Source: Microscilla marina ATCC 23134
GTDB lineage: Bacteria; Bacteroidota; Bacteroidia; Cytophagales; Microscillaceae
Assembly: GCF_000169175.1 (NCBI RefSeq)
Contig: NZ_AAWS01000006.1
Span: 7,192 to 71,191 of the forward strand
DNA: 64,000 nucleotides
Direction: 5' to 3'
In this document: piece after piece, positions 1-10,317 of the stretch
How the letters are laid out: each line of letters opens with the position of its first letter
Position numbering within the stretch: position 1 is the first letter of the stretch
Notes under the pieces: generated by a model
Told to the model about the DNA's origin: nothing
What the model saw: only the letters and a program-made list of their open reading frames with translations
Databases searched by the model: none
Program-made: the position numbers and the translations under genes

Positions 1-2107
1 GAAAACGAAAGCCTTCAGCAGTGGCGTTTACTACCCCTATGTTTGCCGGATCATTGCTCCCTCGGTTACTTGCCTGATTGCCTATCCATACAAAGGGTAC
101 TCTTCCCGAAAAAATACCTGTTCCTCCTCTCAACTGGGTGCTTTGGTCGCCATTGAGGTCTACATTGAAACCAAAGCGAGGCGCAAATAAAGGGTTAACA
201 TTAGGCAACTCGCCCACATCTAATTTCTCATTGTTGTCCTCATTATCTTTAAAAGTAAGTGCCGTAACCAAAGGGTTAGACGTGATGCTTGAAAAATACA
301 TAGGAAAGTCGACCCGAAAACCAAAGGTAAGTTTTACCTGATTGTTTATCTGGCGCTCTAACTGCCCGTATACGCCCAGTTGCCCCAAGTCTACCTCTAC
401 CAAATTAAACGGCTTTTGTTGAAACTGTGCCACCTCTGCATTGTAGTCGCGATAAGCCGCATCATTAGGGTCGGTAGTAGCCAGGAAATCGGCCACCGAA
501 GAAAAAGAGTATCCACCCGCTGAGGCAGGCACCGGAAACACCCCGTAGTAAAATAAGTTAAATGAGTTGTTGAACTGAAACATCTCAAAGTTTGCCCCAA
601 AAGTCCAGGTATTTTTTCCAGTATAAATGGTAAAGTTATTGGTAAACTGAAAAACGTCTTGATCGAGTACATTGTTAACTGAAAAAGGTTCGTACCCTAC
701 TGTAGTGTAAGACAAATTGTTTTCGGCAATTTCGATGGTAGGAAAAGGGGTACTAAATGGGGTTCTGAAATCGCGAAACTGTGTATACCCTACCACCAGG
801 TTATTAGACATTTTGCTTCCCAAACTTGTACTTAGCTCGGCTACTATCGAGTTGATGTTGTTGTTGATGGCATACCCCGAATTACGAAAAGGCAAAGTAT
901 TGACACTGGGCGAGCGCCCTCCGGTAAAGTTGATAGCAAAAGGGTTGGGGCCTTGCTCCCGCACCGACTTAAGGTAATTGTAACGCAAAGTCAGGCGGTT
1001 TTGCTTGTTGATGTTCCAGTCTAACTTGGCAAGAAACTTATCATTGGTTGTGTTGTATACATAGTTTTCATAAGGACCTGTTTCGTACCCGTATTGGTCG
1101 CGCAGGCGATTGCTGATTTGGTCCATTACTGAGGCTTCTACCCTTGACACATTGACTCCGGCAATCCCCGGACGACTGGCTATAAAGTTAGAGCCTGGGT
1201 CTTCGCGGCGTACCGACTCCCCATTGATAAAGAAAAATAGCTTGTCTTTGATAATAGGTCCGCCTAACCTAAAACCGTACTGGGTAAACTTAAGGTCGGG
1301 GTTGGTTACTTCTTCATCAGCTACTTTGTTTCCTATCATTTGTTCGTTTCTGATAAAGGTATAAACCGACCCTTTAAACTCATTGGTGCCACTCTTGGTA
1401 ATGGCATTTACCCCTGCCCCAGTAAAGCCACTCTGACGTACATCATACGGGGCAATACTCACCTGCAACTGATCTATAGCGTCTAAGCTCACCGGTTGGG
1501 CGCTGGTTTGTCCGCCAGGGGTGGGGGCATCCAACCCAAACGAGTTGTTAAAAATAGACCCATCCAACGAAAAATTATTAAACAAGGCATTGCGCCCCAT
1601 AAAACTGTTGCCATCACTTTGAGGAGTCAAGCGTGTATAATCTTGCTGGCTTCGGCTAATGGTGGGCAATGCTTCTATTTTGTCGCGGTTGATGTTAGAG
1701 GTTGCCCCAGTGCGGTCATTGTTAAACAACTGATCGCTCACTACGACTACCTGCTCAAGGGTGGCGGCATCTGCTTTTAACTGAAAATCTACTGCCAGGT
1801 TTTGTCCTAGCTTTACAAAAACATTTTCTTTTTTTTGAGGCTTAAATCCCACAAAATTTACCTGAAAAGTATAAGGACCACCCGGACGAAGGTTAGGCAA
1901 ATAAAAACGCCCGCTTGCCTGAGTCACTGCCCCATATTGGGTACCCGTAGGCTTGTGTACAATCACGACGGTTGCCCCTGGCAAAGGTTCGTTTTTATTA
2001 TCGGTTACTTTGCCATTAAAGGCTGAGTTGGTTACCTGAGCAAAGGTATTGGTAAAACCAGCCAATACTCCAAGTACTGATACAATAAGCGTAAATCTTT
2101 TGATCAT
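1..2107 (-). CDS. TonB-dependent outer-membrane receptor with N-terminal carboxypeptidase-regulatory-like domain. Partial: the start codon is at 2105-2107 and the C-terminus lies beyond the window start.
   Basis: Reverse-strand translation from the ATG (rc of 2105-2107) gives MIKRFTLIVSVLGVLAGFTNTFAQ (signal peptide). This is followed by GKVTDNKNEPLPGATVVIVHKPTGTQYGAVTQASGRFYLPNLRPGGPYTFQVNFVGFKP (CarbopepD_reg-like) and then plug-domain-like sequence. The frame stays open to position 1. The ORF track omits it because it runs off the edge. Confidence 0.75.
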   Translation of the reverse strand, partial: MIKRFTLIVSVLGVLAGFTNTFAQVTNSAFNGKVTDNKNEPLPGATVVIVHKPTGTQYGAVTQASGRFYLPNLRPGGPYTFQVNFVGFKPQKKENVFVKLGQNLAVDFQLKADAATLEQVVVVSDQLFNNDRTGATSNINRDKIEALPTISRSQQDYTRLTPQSDGNSFMGRNALFNNFSLDGSIFNNSFGLDAPTPGGQTSAQPVSLDAIDQLQVSIAPYDVRQSGFTGAGVNAITKSGTNEFKGSVYTFIRNEQMIGNKVADEEVTNPDLKFTQYGFRLGGPIIKDKLFFFINGESVRREDPGSNFIASRPGIAGVNVSRVEASVMDQISNRLRDQYGYETGPYENYVYNTTNDKFLAKLDWNINKQNRLTLRYNYLKSVREQGPNPFAINFTGGRSPSVNTLPFRNSGYAINNNINSIVAELSTSLGSKMSNNLVVGYTQFRDFRTPFSTPFPTIEIAENNLSYTTVGYEPFSVNNVLDQDVFQFTNNFTIYTGKNTWTFGANFEMFQFNNSFNLFYYGVFPVPASAGGYSFSSVADFLATTDPNDAAYRDYNAEVAQFQQKPFNLVEVDLGQLGVYGQLERQINNQVKLTFGFRVDFPMYFSSITSNPLVTALTFKDNEDNNEKLDVGELPNVNPLFAPRFGFNVDLNGDQSTQLRGGTGIFSGRVPFVWIGNQASNRGSNDPANIGVVNATAEGFRF

Positions 2108-2577
2108 ATTACATAAATATTTGTTAGAAGAAATGTATTCAATGCTACTGTAGCACTTGCACTTAAAACAGAAGGGACAAATCGTTGGGCAGTTGCATAG
2201 ATTTGACAAAGCTTCATCAGTCAAAGGTGTATACTATCAGCTGTTTTGGTTATGTGTGATGCCAACCATATAGTTGTAGTATCAAACATAAATTGCGCAA
2301 AGTAACAAAATATTTACATAAAAATAACCATAAGGCAACTTCACTCAATCTTTTAACTTAGAATAATACCAGTGTTACCCCTGCTTTAGATAGGGTATAT
2401 ATACAAAAATGGGCACTCATTCATCTTTTGACAGATGTATGATGCCCAACATTTCAACAGAGCGTGTTGATTATATTTTTAATACCATTGTGGTTTTCTT
2501 AATAAACATACCTAAAATATCTTGTTCACGTCAAACACAGTTCCAAAGAGTGCTATAGGAGAAGGTTAAAATTCAAG

Positions 2578-3003
2578 TAAATTAGTACTACTTATTTTGT
2601 TGTTGGGCAATGGCTTGGTCTAGTACCAAGTCTGATTGAAAACCCATACAAACTCACTTGTAGTGGTCTTAAGGCTTTTGGCAAGACCAACACAATGCAC
2701 GTTCTTCGCTATCGTTACCTGCTCTCTTGGTCAGCTACGCTTAAGACCAAGAGGAGGGGGAAAATCAGGTAAATTAGTACTACTTATTTTGTTGTTGGGC
2801 AATGGCTTGGTCTAATACCAAGTCTGATTGAAAACCCATACAAACTCACTTGTAGTGGTCTTAAGACTTTTGGCAAGACCAACACGATGCACGTTCTTCG
2901 CTATCGTTACCCGCTCTCTTGGTCAGCTGCGCTTAAGACCAAGAGGAGGGGGAAAGTCAAGTAAATTAGTACTACTTATTTTGTTGTTGGGCAATGGCTT
3001 GGT
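2578..3003. repeat. Tandem direct repeat: two full units of about 191 bp plus a 44-bp partial third unit. Each unit starts with a copy of the last ~45 bp of the CDS 2972..3271 and contains internal inverted repeats (tggtcttaag / cttaagacca).
   Basis: Units 2578-2768 and 2769-2959 are near-identical on direct reading, with a few SNPs. The third copy, 2960-3003, runs into the 3' end of the 99-aa gene. Confidence 0.85.
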
Positions 3004-3271
3004 CTAATGCTACTTTTTCATCATATAAACCGTCGTTTCCTTTAAACCTAGACTCAGAGATGAACAAATAACAACCTCCATTATAATGAGACGAATACTT
3101 TGCGTATAATTCATCGCCTGGCAATATTTGTATGTAATTCATTCGATCTTTGCCTGTGAGCTGTACCGTAAAGGTCTTACCATCTTGCACATCTTGAGTA
3201 AGGTAAGCCCCTCCTCTCAACGATTGAATAACTACACACTTGCGTAAACGCGTATCTACAGGTGTTGACAT
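2972..3271 (-). CDS. Hypothetical small protein (99 aa), terminal gene of the MoxR-associated cluster.
   Basis: ATG-initiated ORF 12 bp downstream of the 611-aa gene on the same strand. No recognisable motif. Confidence 0.45.
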   Translation of the reverse strand: MSTPVDTRLRKCVVIQSLRGGAYLTQDVQDGKTFTVQLTGKDRMNYIQILPGDELYAKYSSHYNGGCYLFISESRFKGNDGLYDEKVALDQAIAQQQNK

Positions 3272-3282
3272 TAGACTACATT

Positions 3283-5118
3283 TTATAATTTAGGCTCTAA
3301 CCACAAAAAACCTGCACACAACAAAAACAAGCCAAAGAAATAGAGCAAGGGTATTGGGCGACGTTGGGTAAGTGGTACCATCGCATTTGACTTGGTTTGG
3401 GTAGCTGTTTGTTTTGCCCAACGGTTATTGGCACGTATTTGCTGGATGGTTTGCCAGCTTTGCCAGTCGTCCTTGTCAAAAATGTACAAGGGGGTTTGGG
3501 TTGTATCTCCTTTTACTTGTAATTGGTGCCAGCCTTGGTGTTTTGCCCATAGATTGCCTTGCCACTTTTGATCAAAGTTTACCTGGTTTTGTAAATAAAA
3601 CTCCAGTACATTGCCTGCTTGAGTAAGCGTGCCTACTGGCTGGGGTAAAGCCGTGCTAAGGGTAAGTTTGCAAGCCATATTTACCTTAGGAAAAACCGTG
3701 TTTGCCTCCCATACGTGCACAGGTGTTTGTTTTTTGGCGAGCTTGCTCAACAGGTGTGACCAGTAAGCAGCATAATAATTGGGGTTGCCATCCAGCAATA
3801 GCTGGTAAGACTCAGCAATGAGGCTTATGCCCACTGCCCCCAACCCGGTCACGTTGTACCCTACCAATGCTTGCCCTTGTTGGTTGCGTACCAAGGCAAG
3901 CGTACCTAGTTTTTGCTGTAGCAAGTAGGGGAGCTGCTTCAACTCAAAGTTGCCTTTTACCCCCAGGTCACTGCCATTAATCAAGGTTTTTTCGCGCTCG
4001 ACGCGCCCCAGTGGAAAGTTTGTCAAGGTGGCGGGCACCCTCCCCGATTCGTCCGCCTGAATGAGCACCCCCAAGCCTTCGTTTTTGACTGCCTGACGCA
4101 GTACTGCTATAGTACCCACTCCCAAACCCTGGGCGTATTCAGCGTCTAGTATCAGCAAATCTATTTGCCTGAGCAGGGTAGTGTTTAGTTGAAAACTGGT
4201 GGCGCTTTGGTTAACAAATTCATCTTTGACCTTGTTTTTAGAAATAATCGCACGTACTGCCACCTGGTGCCCTTCAGCAGCCAACCAGTTTTTGAGGTAT
4301 TTGGTCTCAAAACGGGGAAAACTGTTGATAATCACGATGTTTAACTTTTGTTTGGGACGAATGTGTACCGGAACAGATTCGTTGTGTAATGTATCTCCAG
4401 TGGGGGCTTTTACCAACATCCGATAGATAAACTGCCCGGCTTCTTTTGGGGAGTCACGCAAGGCAAAGCTTTCGGTCTGGCGACTGCCAATCAAGGCAGA
4501 GTCTACTGCACCACCAGGGCTTGCCAACACCAATGTCACATTGGTATCGGTAGGGTTATGATAGCTCCCTTTTACCTGCCAAAGGTCTTGGGCAATGGTT
4601 TGGCGAGCGTAACTTACAGTGGTAAAACCCGCAGGAATTGGGTTGAGGTGAAATACAGTGTTGAATGCCTTAAGTGTGGGCAATTCATAAGGTTGCACTC
4701 CATTGCCTACTATGTGAAGCGTACCCAATTGGGGATAGTTTCGTTGAATAAATGCCGCATCTGGGGCTTTGATTGTATGTTTGTCAATGCCTCCCCCTTG
4801 ATAAGCAAACACGAGCACACTATCTTCACGCTCACGCAGGCTGTCAACCGTTGCCAATGTATATTCGTTGGTAAGCAAAATGGCGGATAAAGTCTTTTGG
4901 GCGGTTTGGCAGGCAGGTTGCAGCCCCAACATTGCCAAAGCCACCACCAGGCCTGTGCTTGCCAATAGCCGCCCTGCCAAATATTTTTTATTCGATCGTT
5001 GCCAGGCTTGCCAACTCAACAATGCCCACATCCCTAAAGTCACCCACACTACCACCCAAAAGGTTTGGCTGTTTACCAACCACACAATATGTTCTGGTTT
5101 CATTTCTTCAGGTTTCAT
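3283..5118 (-). CDS. Membrane protein of the MoxR/DUF58/BatA-N cluster, with a possible class-I glutamine-amidotransferase-like (ThuA/DUF4159-like) fold in the C-terminal half.
   Basis: 611-aa ORF. Its start codon overlaps the upstream stop (ATGA at 5115-5118). It has N-terminal TM helices and a C-terminal hydrophobic tail. The segment LILDAEYAQGLGVGTIAVLRQAVKNEGLGVLIQADESG resembles a GATase1-like beta-alpha unit. Confidence 0.5.
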   Translation of the reverse strand: MKPEEMKPEHIVWLVNSQTFWVVVWVTLGMWALLSWQAWQRSNKKYLAGRLLASTGLVVALAMLGLQPACQTAQKTLSAILLTNEYTLATVDSLREREDSVLVFAYQGGGIDKHTIKAPDAAFIQRNYPQLGTLHIVGNGVQPYELPTLKAFNTVFHLNPIPAGFTTVSYARQTIAQDLWQVKGSYHNPTDTNVTLVLASPGGAVDSALIGSRQTESFALRDSPKEAGQFIYRMLVKAPTGDTLHNESVPVHIRPKQKLNIVIINSFPRFETKYLKNWLAAEGHQVAVRAIISKNKVKDEFVNQSATSFQLNTTLLRQIDLLILDAEYAQGLGVGTIAVLRQAVKNEGLGVLIQADESGRVPATLTNFPLGRVEREKTLINGSDLGVKGNFELKQLPYLLQQKLGTLALVRNQQGQALVGYNVTGLGAVGISLIAESYQLLLDGNPNYYAAYWSHLLSKLAKKQTPVHVWEANTVFPKVNMACKLTLSTALPQPVGTLTQAGNVLEFYLQNQVNFDQKWQGNLWAKHQGWHQLQVKGDTTQTPLYIFDKDDWQSWQTIQQIRANNRWAKQTATQTKSNAMVPLTQRRPIPLLYFFGLFLLCAGFLWLEPKL

Positions 5119-7571
5119 TTCCCCAGTTTATTTAAATAAATTTCCAACAAACGATTTTTCATTTTGCGTTGCATGCTGGGTTCGGCAGCATTTTGCGGCA
5201 ACGCGCGCCACAAGGCATTGATAAGGTAGGGCAGTACCCGCTTGATGTCGGCAGGGGCTAGTTGGTCTTGAGTAAGCTTTTGTAAGGTTTTCAAAGCAGT
5301 CAAAAACTGTCCGGGTTTGTCTATAGCCACTGTAGCAAGTTCACTGCCTGCCGCCCTCAACCACTGTTTTTGCCTTGCAGTGGGCAAAGTTATCCGGTGG
5401 TTACGCCATTGCTCCAGCAGGGGCAACACCTTGCGAATATTGGGGTACAAGACCTTGTCTTCGGTGCTGCGTTTTTTATACACATTTTGGATGTCTTCCA
5501 ATTCGCCCTTAAGACGTTTTTCCTTTTCTTTGATGGGTGGGGGTTCAAACCCAATGCGCTCTACATACACCCTTGATTTTTGCTGAATCTGTTTGATGAG
5601 TTTCAAGGCTTTGTATTGGTAAGGTAATGATGCTTTGGGGCGGTTGGTGCGCAAATGTAGCTCCGACTGCCACATATTTACCAAGGCTTCTTTCAATTGT
5701 TTTTTGAGCACTTCATCAAAAAATGTCGCCTCTTCCATCAAGTCGTGCAAGTGCATCACACTGGTAGGCACATAATCGTTGGGGTTGTTAGAGGGTGCCG
5801 CAGACTTGGGGCGGTGGTTATGGTCTTTTTCGTTGCGTTTGAGCACCTCCAGCGACGAAGTGCGTTTTTTCCATTGGCTATGCCCGTGGTCTTTGTGGTC
5901 GTGTCCATCGCCCTCGTAGTGAACCTCTGTAATTATTTTACCAGTTTTTTTGTCTTTGTAACGCACCGTATCTCTTTTACCTTTGTCATTGTGCTTATGA
6001 TGTCCATGGTCATGATGATCGTGGTCGTGATCGTGGTCGTCGTGCCTATCATCTGCGCCAATACTTACCTCATACTCTTCGCCCAAAAACTTTCCATAGC
6101 GCAAGCGCAAAATCTTTTGGTCTACTCCAATACCATTGCTTCTGTATTCAAAAGAATCTTGGGGCATCGTTGCCTTATTACGTAACAATTTTTCGGTGTC
6201 GATGATCAATTGTCGTTGGCTACGAAAATAATCAGGCAGTTTGTTTACCCCATTGCCCATTTCTGCGGTCAATTGCTCGCGGGTGGTGTCCTGAATGCTC
6301 ACAAAATACATTTCAGTACGTCCTTTTTGGGCTTGCGGGCTTTTATTGTCTATTGCCTCCACAAAAAAATAGAGTTCGTCGCCAGGTGCCATGCCTAGTT
6401 GTTGTAGGTTCAGCGTTTTGTGCAGCTGATGGCTTCGCCCACCAGGGACAAAATTGCCAAAACGTAGTTTTTGTTCTCTAAACTTGACCGACTCGCCCTG
6501 TCCCTTGCTTACGGTTGCCACTATGTAGGCATCGGTTATGCCATAATCATCGGTTATTTTGGCGCTAAGGCTGATATTGATGTTGGGTTTAAACTCAAAT
6601 TCTTCATAGTCATTGATCCCCACAAGGGAAAGTTTGGGGCGCGCATCAGGCACGGGAGTCAGGGCAAAAAACTCGCTGCTTTGCCACTCATTTGATGAAC
6701 TCAAAGCAGCTTTTTGGCTGGTTTGTCTAAACACTAGCTGATAAAACCCTTTCTCTTTGAGTCGCCACTGTGCCACATACTCATTGGCTTGCTGTGGGCT
6801 AGGCTGTAGCCGGAGCGAATCGCCTGTATTGAGTACAATGGCAGCTTGGGCGATGTCGCCTTTGAAGCGGACTTTCCAACGAATCACGCTATTCTCTACA
6901 GCTTTTATATTGAGTTCGGGGGCTACCTGGGTGCCTAGCCGGGTATAAGCAGGAGCCTGCACTATAGCCTGTATGCTTTGAATACTGGCGGGTAGCTGTT
7001 GAGGCAATTGGGTGGTATTGTGCAAAGTGTCGTTGGCTACACTGGTGGGGGTGCCTTTGGGCAAATGGGCAACGCCAAAGCTAAGGGTAAATAGCAAGCT
7101 GGCAAGTACGCCACTACCCAACAAAGTAAGGGCGGCTTTGGGCAATTGATGGGGCAATGTGGCTTGGGTGGCTACCTCTATCAGGGCATTGCTCACTTTT
7201 TGCCGTTGCATTTTGGCGAGCAGGTTAAGGTCTTCTTCAGGCAAGAGCAACAACTCGCTGCTGTTTTCTAATACAGGATGGTGTTTGTTTAAATACTGCG
7301 CCACATCATACAAAGTAATTTGGCGCAAGCCCCGCCACCAAAGTAAGCCTACCCACACCAATACAGTAAGTAAAGCTCCTGCCCCAGCCAATGCTCCTGC
7401 CGACCAACGTACTGCCAGGTACACAGCTGCCATTGTCAATGCACTGATGCTCAAAGCCCACAATAGCAGTTCAACGCGCTTGTACTTGCGCCACTTGCTT
7501 TGAAGTTTCTTCAGTATTTGCCGGGTGGTGGCTTCCTGCGATTGGCTTATTTGAGTGGTGTCTGTATTCAT
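5115..7571 (-). CDS. Large membrane/coiled-coil protein (DUF4175-like) with an internal His/Asp-rich tract. The likely start is the internal ATG at 7569-7571 (MNTDTTQ...), which avoids a 118-bp overlap with the upstream gene.
   Basis: The listed ORF is 860 aa (5115..7697). It has TM helices near the N-terminus and low-complexity HDDHDHDHDHHDHGHHKHNDKG. It is conserved with the MoxR/DUF58 genes in Bacteroidetes; this is recalled from memory and not searched. Confidence 0.5.
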   Translation of the reverse strand: MNTDTTQISQSQEATTRQILKKLQSKWRKYKRVELLLWALSISALTMAAVYLAVRWSAGALAGAGALLTVLVWVGLLWWRGLRQITLYDVAQYLNKHHPVLENSSELLLLPEEDLNLLAKMQRQKVSNALIEVATQATLPHQLPKAALTLLGSGVLASLLFTLSFGVAHLPKGTPTSVANDTLHNTTQLPQQLPASIQSIQAIVQAPAYTRLGTQVAPELNIKAVENSVIRWKVRFKGDIAQAAIVLNTGDSLRLQPSPQQANEYVAQWRLKEKGFYQLVFRQTSQKAALSSSNEWQSSEFFALTPVPDARPKLSLVGINDYEEFEFKPNINISLSAKITDDYGITDAYIVATVSKGQGESVKFREQKLRFGNFVPGGRSHQLHKTLNLQQLGMAPGDELYFFVEAIDNKSPQAQKGRTEMYFVSIQDTTREQLTAEMGNGVNKLPDYFRSQRQLIIDTEKLLRNKATMPQDSFEYRSNGIGVDQKILRLRYGKFLGEEYEVSIGADDRHDDHDHDHDHHDHGHHKHNDKGKRDTVRYKDKKTGKIITEVHYEGDGHDHKDHGHSQWKKRTSSLEVLKRNEKDHNHRPKSAAPSNNPNDYVPTSVMHLHDLMEEATFFDEVLKKQLKEALVNMWQSELHLRTNRPKASLPYQYKALKLIKQIQQKSRVYVERIGFEPPPIKEKEKRLKGELEDIQNVYKKRSTEDKVLYPNIRKVLPLLEQWRNHRITLPTARQKQWLRAAGSELATVAIDKPGQFLTALKTLQKLTQDQLAPADIKRVLPYLINALWRALPQNAAEPSMQRKMKNRLLEIYLNKLGK

Positions 7572-7579
7572 GGTTCTTT

Positions 7580-9010
7580 TTATTGAGTATTCTCTAGTGA
7601 TTTTTGCTGGTTTTTGGCAAGCATACGGTTGCCATTGCCTCGGTTTGCCAGCATCCTTTCTATCAATACGCCTGCTACCAATGCCCACCACAACCACCCT
7701 CTAAAGCTTCGGGTTTCAGTGGTGGGGGTAGTGGGTTGCCTTTGTTGGGCTATAGTTTGGGGCACTGCCTGTGCACTGTTGAGTTGCCTTTGGTCAAATT
7801 GTCGCACTCGTGCCGCTGCCGCTGGGTTGGCAAACAACAACTGGGTAAGCTCCCCCAGCAAACCAGCCTCTAATGCCTGAGGGTTTAACTCTGGGTTTAG
7901 GCGTTGGCACAACCAATGCCTCTGGGCTTGGCTACTATCATTTACTATCCACTGGGGCACATTTTTCGCCTGATAAAACAGTTGACGCGCCTTTATTTTT
8001 TCATAATCTTTAGCCACAAGCTTCCCTTTTTTCAACACCACCAACCAATCAGTTTTGCGTGTAGCATCCAGTTTTTTTGTAGCATATACTTTCACCTCAG
8101 CACCCATATATTCACCCACGGCTTGCAGGGCTGCCGCCAAATATTGTCGATCAACAGCAAAGTCTTGATCATATAGTAGCTGTACGTTTTGCGCCTTGGG
8201 TGAGCGAATGGGTACTATGTTTTGAGGGGCAGTGGCAAAGCTTACTTGTTGGTTTTGGGCCTTGATCAAGGGCAAATCCCTGATTTGAATAGAAGGTTGC
8301 CGCTTTACTTTTTCTTTGAGCAAACGGGTACCTTCTTTTGTGCTCCTGCCAATACTCAACCAAAGACTGTCGTTGGGCAGCTGTAGGGCATCTGCCAAAA
8401 ACACTTGTTTGCGCTCTATAGGTAAGGGCAACCATTGCACTTTTAGGTTCAGTTTGGGGCGGTTTCCCGCAAAATTTCGGGCAGCATTGGGAGCAAGTAT
8501 CCATACCTTTTCGGGAGCATTAGCGCGGGCGTCTATTTCTCGCAAAAACGACCAATAATCCACATTGTTTGCTTTGGCGGAATTGGTAGACAAACTGGTT
8601 TTAATAGCGGTTAATTGCGTGGGCAATACTTTGGGCATTCCTGGCTTAAGCAAATGAATGGCATAGCCTTTTTGTTGCAAAGAATCTATGGCAGGCCGCG
8701 CCATAGCATCTCTCAACATTGCCTCTTCGGTCAGTAGCCATTGGGTAGACAAGTGGGCGACTTTTTTGGGCTGTTGTTGGCTCACGTCTAGCAAAATAAA
8801 CACGGCAACTAACACCAACCCTGAACGCAATAGGTACAATCCTGCTTCGTTGAATCGAATGCTGCTCAAACGGGTGTTTTCGGCGGCAATCATCCACTGT
8901 ACACTGCCTACCTTTACTGTTTTGCCTGATTTACGACTCCACAAGTGTATAATGAGCGGTACAAGCAAGCCTAATAAAGCCCAGAGATATGTTGGTTGTT
9001 GTATGGTCAT
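7580..9010 (-). CDS. BatA-N-terminal-like protein (N-terminal double-transmembrane domain, TIGR02226-like), without an obvious VWA domain.
   Basis: The N-terminus LWALLGLLVPLIIHLWSRKSGK matches the P-I-I-I-H-L-x-R-R signature of the aerotolerance BatA N-terminal domain. It is 476 aa and sits in the MoxR/DUF58 cluster. Confidence 0.6.
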   Translation of the reverse strand: MTIQQPTYLWALLGLLVPLIIHLWSRKSGKTVKVGSVQWMIAAENTRLSSIRFNEAGLYLLRSGLVLVAVFILLDVSQQQPKKVAHLSTQWLLTEEAMLRDAMARPAIDSLQQKGYAIHLLKPGMPKVLPTQLTAIKTSLSTNSAKANNVDYWSFLREIDARANAPEKVWILAPNAARNFAGNRPKLNLKVQWLPLPIERKQVFLADALQLPNDSLWLSIGRSTKEGTRLLKEKVKRQPSIQIRDLPLIKAQNQQVSFATAPQNIVPIRSPKAQNVQLLYDQDFAVDRQYLAAALQAVGEYMGAEVKVYATKKLDATRKTDWLVVLKKGKLVAKDYEKIKARQLFYQAKNVPQWIVNDSSQAQRHWLCQRLNPELNPQALEAGLLGELTQLLFANPAAAARVRQFDQRQLNSAQAVPQTIAQQRQPTTPTTETRSFRGWLWWALVAGVLIERMLANRGNGNRMLAKNQQKSLENTQ

Positions 9011-9399
9011 GAGTCAATAGTTTTTAGTCGGGAGTCCATAGCGTTGACAAGGTGCTAGGGACTAGGTGCAAGCTACACCCTGTTCCATAGGTAACTACAT
9101 TTTTATATCACACTGATTTTTAATAGTTTACAAAACCGACAGACGGAAGTCGATAGTCAATAGTTTTTAGTCGGGAGTCGGGAGTTTTTGGCTGTTTTCT
9201 TAGTTTTTATTGATCAGAAAGTAGTTGATGCGCCCTAATCAATAGTCAATGGTCGATAGTGGCTGACGCGTGTAACTAAAATCTTCACTAAGTAAGCTTT
9301 ATTAGTCGAAAGCCCGTAGTTTTTCTCATAATTAAGAAATCGCTTTGCGCAACCATAAAACAATAGAGCCATAAAACAATATAACCATTAAGCCATTTT

Positions 9400-10317
9400 T
9401 TAAAACCTCCTCTTCACCAAAAAGTCATTCAGTGCCCTGTCTAGTGGTTCGCCCATCGAGAATAAATCGTAACTGATCTCTAAATCCAACATTTGAGTTT
9501 TTATTTTGTTCAAATGCTGCGCTAACTGTTCCTTGTATTGTTTGCGCACTTTTTGGCTGTCTACTTGCACCCTTTGCCCGGTTTCCAGGTCTTCCAGCGT
9601 TACCGTTCCTTTATAATTTAGTTCTAGCTCGTTGTTGCCCATCAAGTGAAAAAACAGCACTTCATTGCGCAAAGCACTCAATTGCTCCAGGGTTTTATAA
9701 ATCTCGTGGCTGTGTTGGTACATGTCGCTTATAAAAACAATCATTTCTTTGTTGCCTCCTTGGTTATGGTATAACAAAGGACTATCGTTTACCGCTGGAA
9801 ACTTGCCCCCTGGTTTTATCTGAAGTAACTCGTATACAAAGCGGTGTAAGTGCTGGCGGTGTTGACGAGGGGCTAACTGTACCAGTTGATTTTCGTTGAT
9901 GGCAAACAAACCTATAGCATCGCCTTGCTCCAGGGCAAGGTGTGCCAATGTTGCAGCAAGCAAACGGGCAAAATCTATTTTTTTAATGCTTACCTTACTG
10001 CCTTTAGGTTGGTCTTCGTGCAGCATAGAGGCACTGGCATCTATCACAAACTTAACCGTAATGTTGGTTTCTATTTCTGACTCTTTGACAAAGTATCTGC
10101 CCGAACGGGCGTACATTTTCCAGTCGAGCAAACGCAAATCGTCGCCTGGCTGGTAGCTACGATATTGCCTGAACACCTGCCCCTGCCCGGTTTTGATGCT
10201 TTGGTTTTGCCCTAGTAAATAACTACCAATAATCATTTTACTCATGAGCACCAAGCCCTCTACCGAGTTGAGTAATTCGGGTTGTAAAAGGTCATTGTAT
10301 TCTTGTTGGTTTTTCAT
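9400..10317 (-). CDS. DUF58 domain protein (MoxR-associated, VWA-like).
   Basis: Motifs GDDLRLLDWKMYARSGRYFVKESE and VIDASASM are typical of DUF58. It lies immediately downstream of the MoxR ATPase. Confidence 0.8.
   Translation of the reverse strand: MKNQQEYNDLLQPELLNSVEGLVLMSKMIIGSYLLGQNQSIKTGQGQVFRQYRSYQPGDDLRLLDWKMYARSGRYFVKESEIETNITVKFVIDASASMLHEDQPKGSKVSIKKIDFARLLAATLAHLALEQGDAIGLFAINENQLVQLAPRQHRQHLHRFVYELLQIKPGGKFPAVNDSPLLYHNQGGNKEMIVFISDMYQHSHEIYKTLEQLSALRNEVLFFHLMGNNELELNYKGTVTLEDLETGQRVQVDSQKVRKQYKEQLAQHLNKIKTQMLDLEISYDLFSMGEPLDRALNDFLVKRRF

Noticed and set aside
2578-3003. Possible CRISPR array
   Set aside because: The units are 191-bp contiguous direct repeats with no unique spacers, and no cas genes are nearby. 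This is a tandem duplication, not CRISPR.
3297-5221. Numerous 60-117-aa ORFs on the opposite strand or in other frames inside the 611-aa and 860-aa genes (for example 4558..4890 + and 4868..5221 +)
   Set aside because: They are shadow ORFs fully embedded in long, motif-bearing genes. They have no start context or conservation signal.
5115-7697. Annotating the 860-aa ORF from its most upstream ATG
   Set aside because: That would overlap the upstream BatA-N-like gene by 118 bp on the same strand. The internal ATG at 7569-7571 gives an 8-bp intergenic gap and is the more plausible start.
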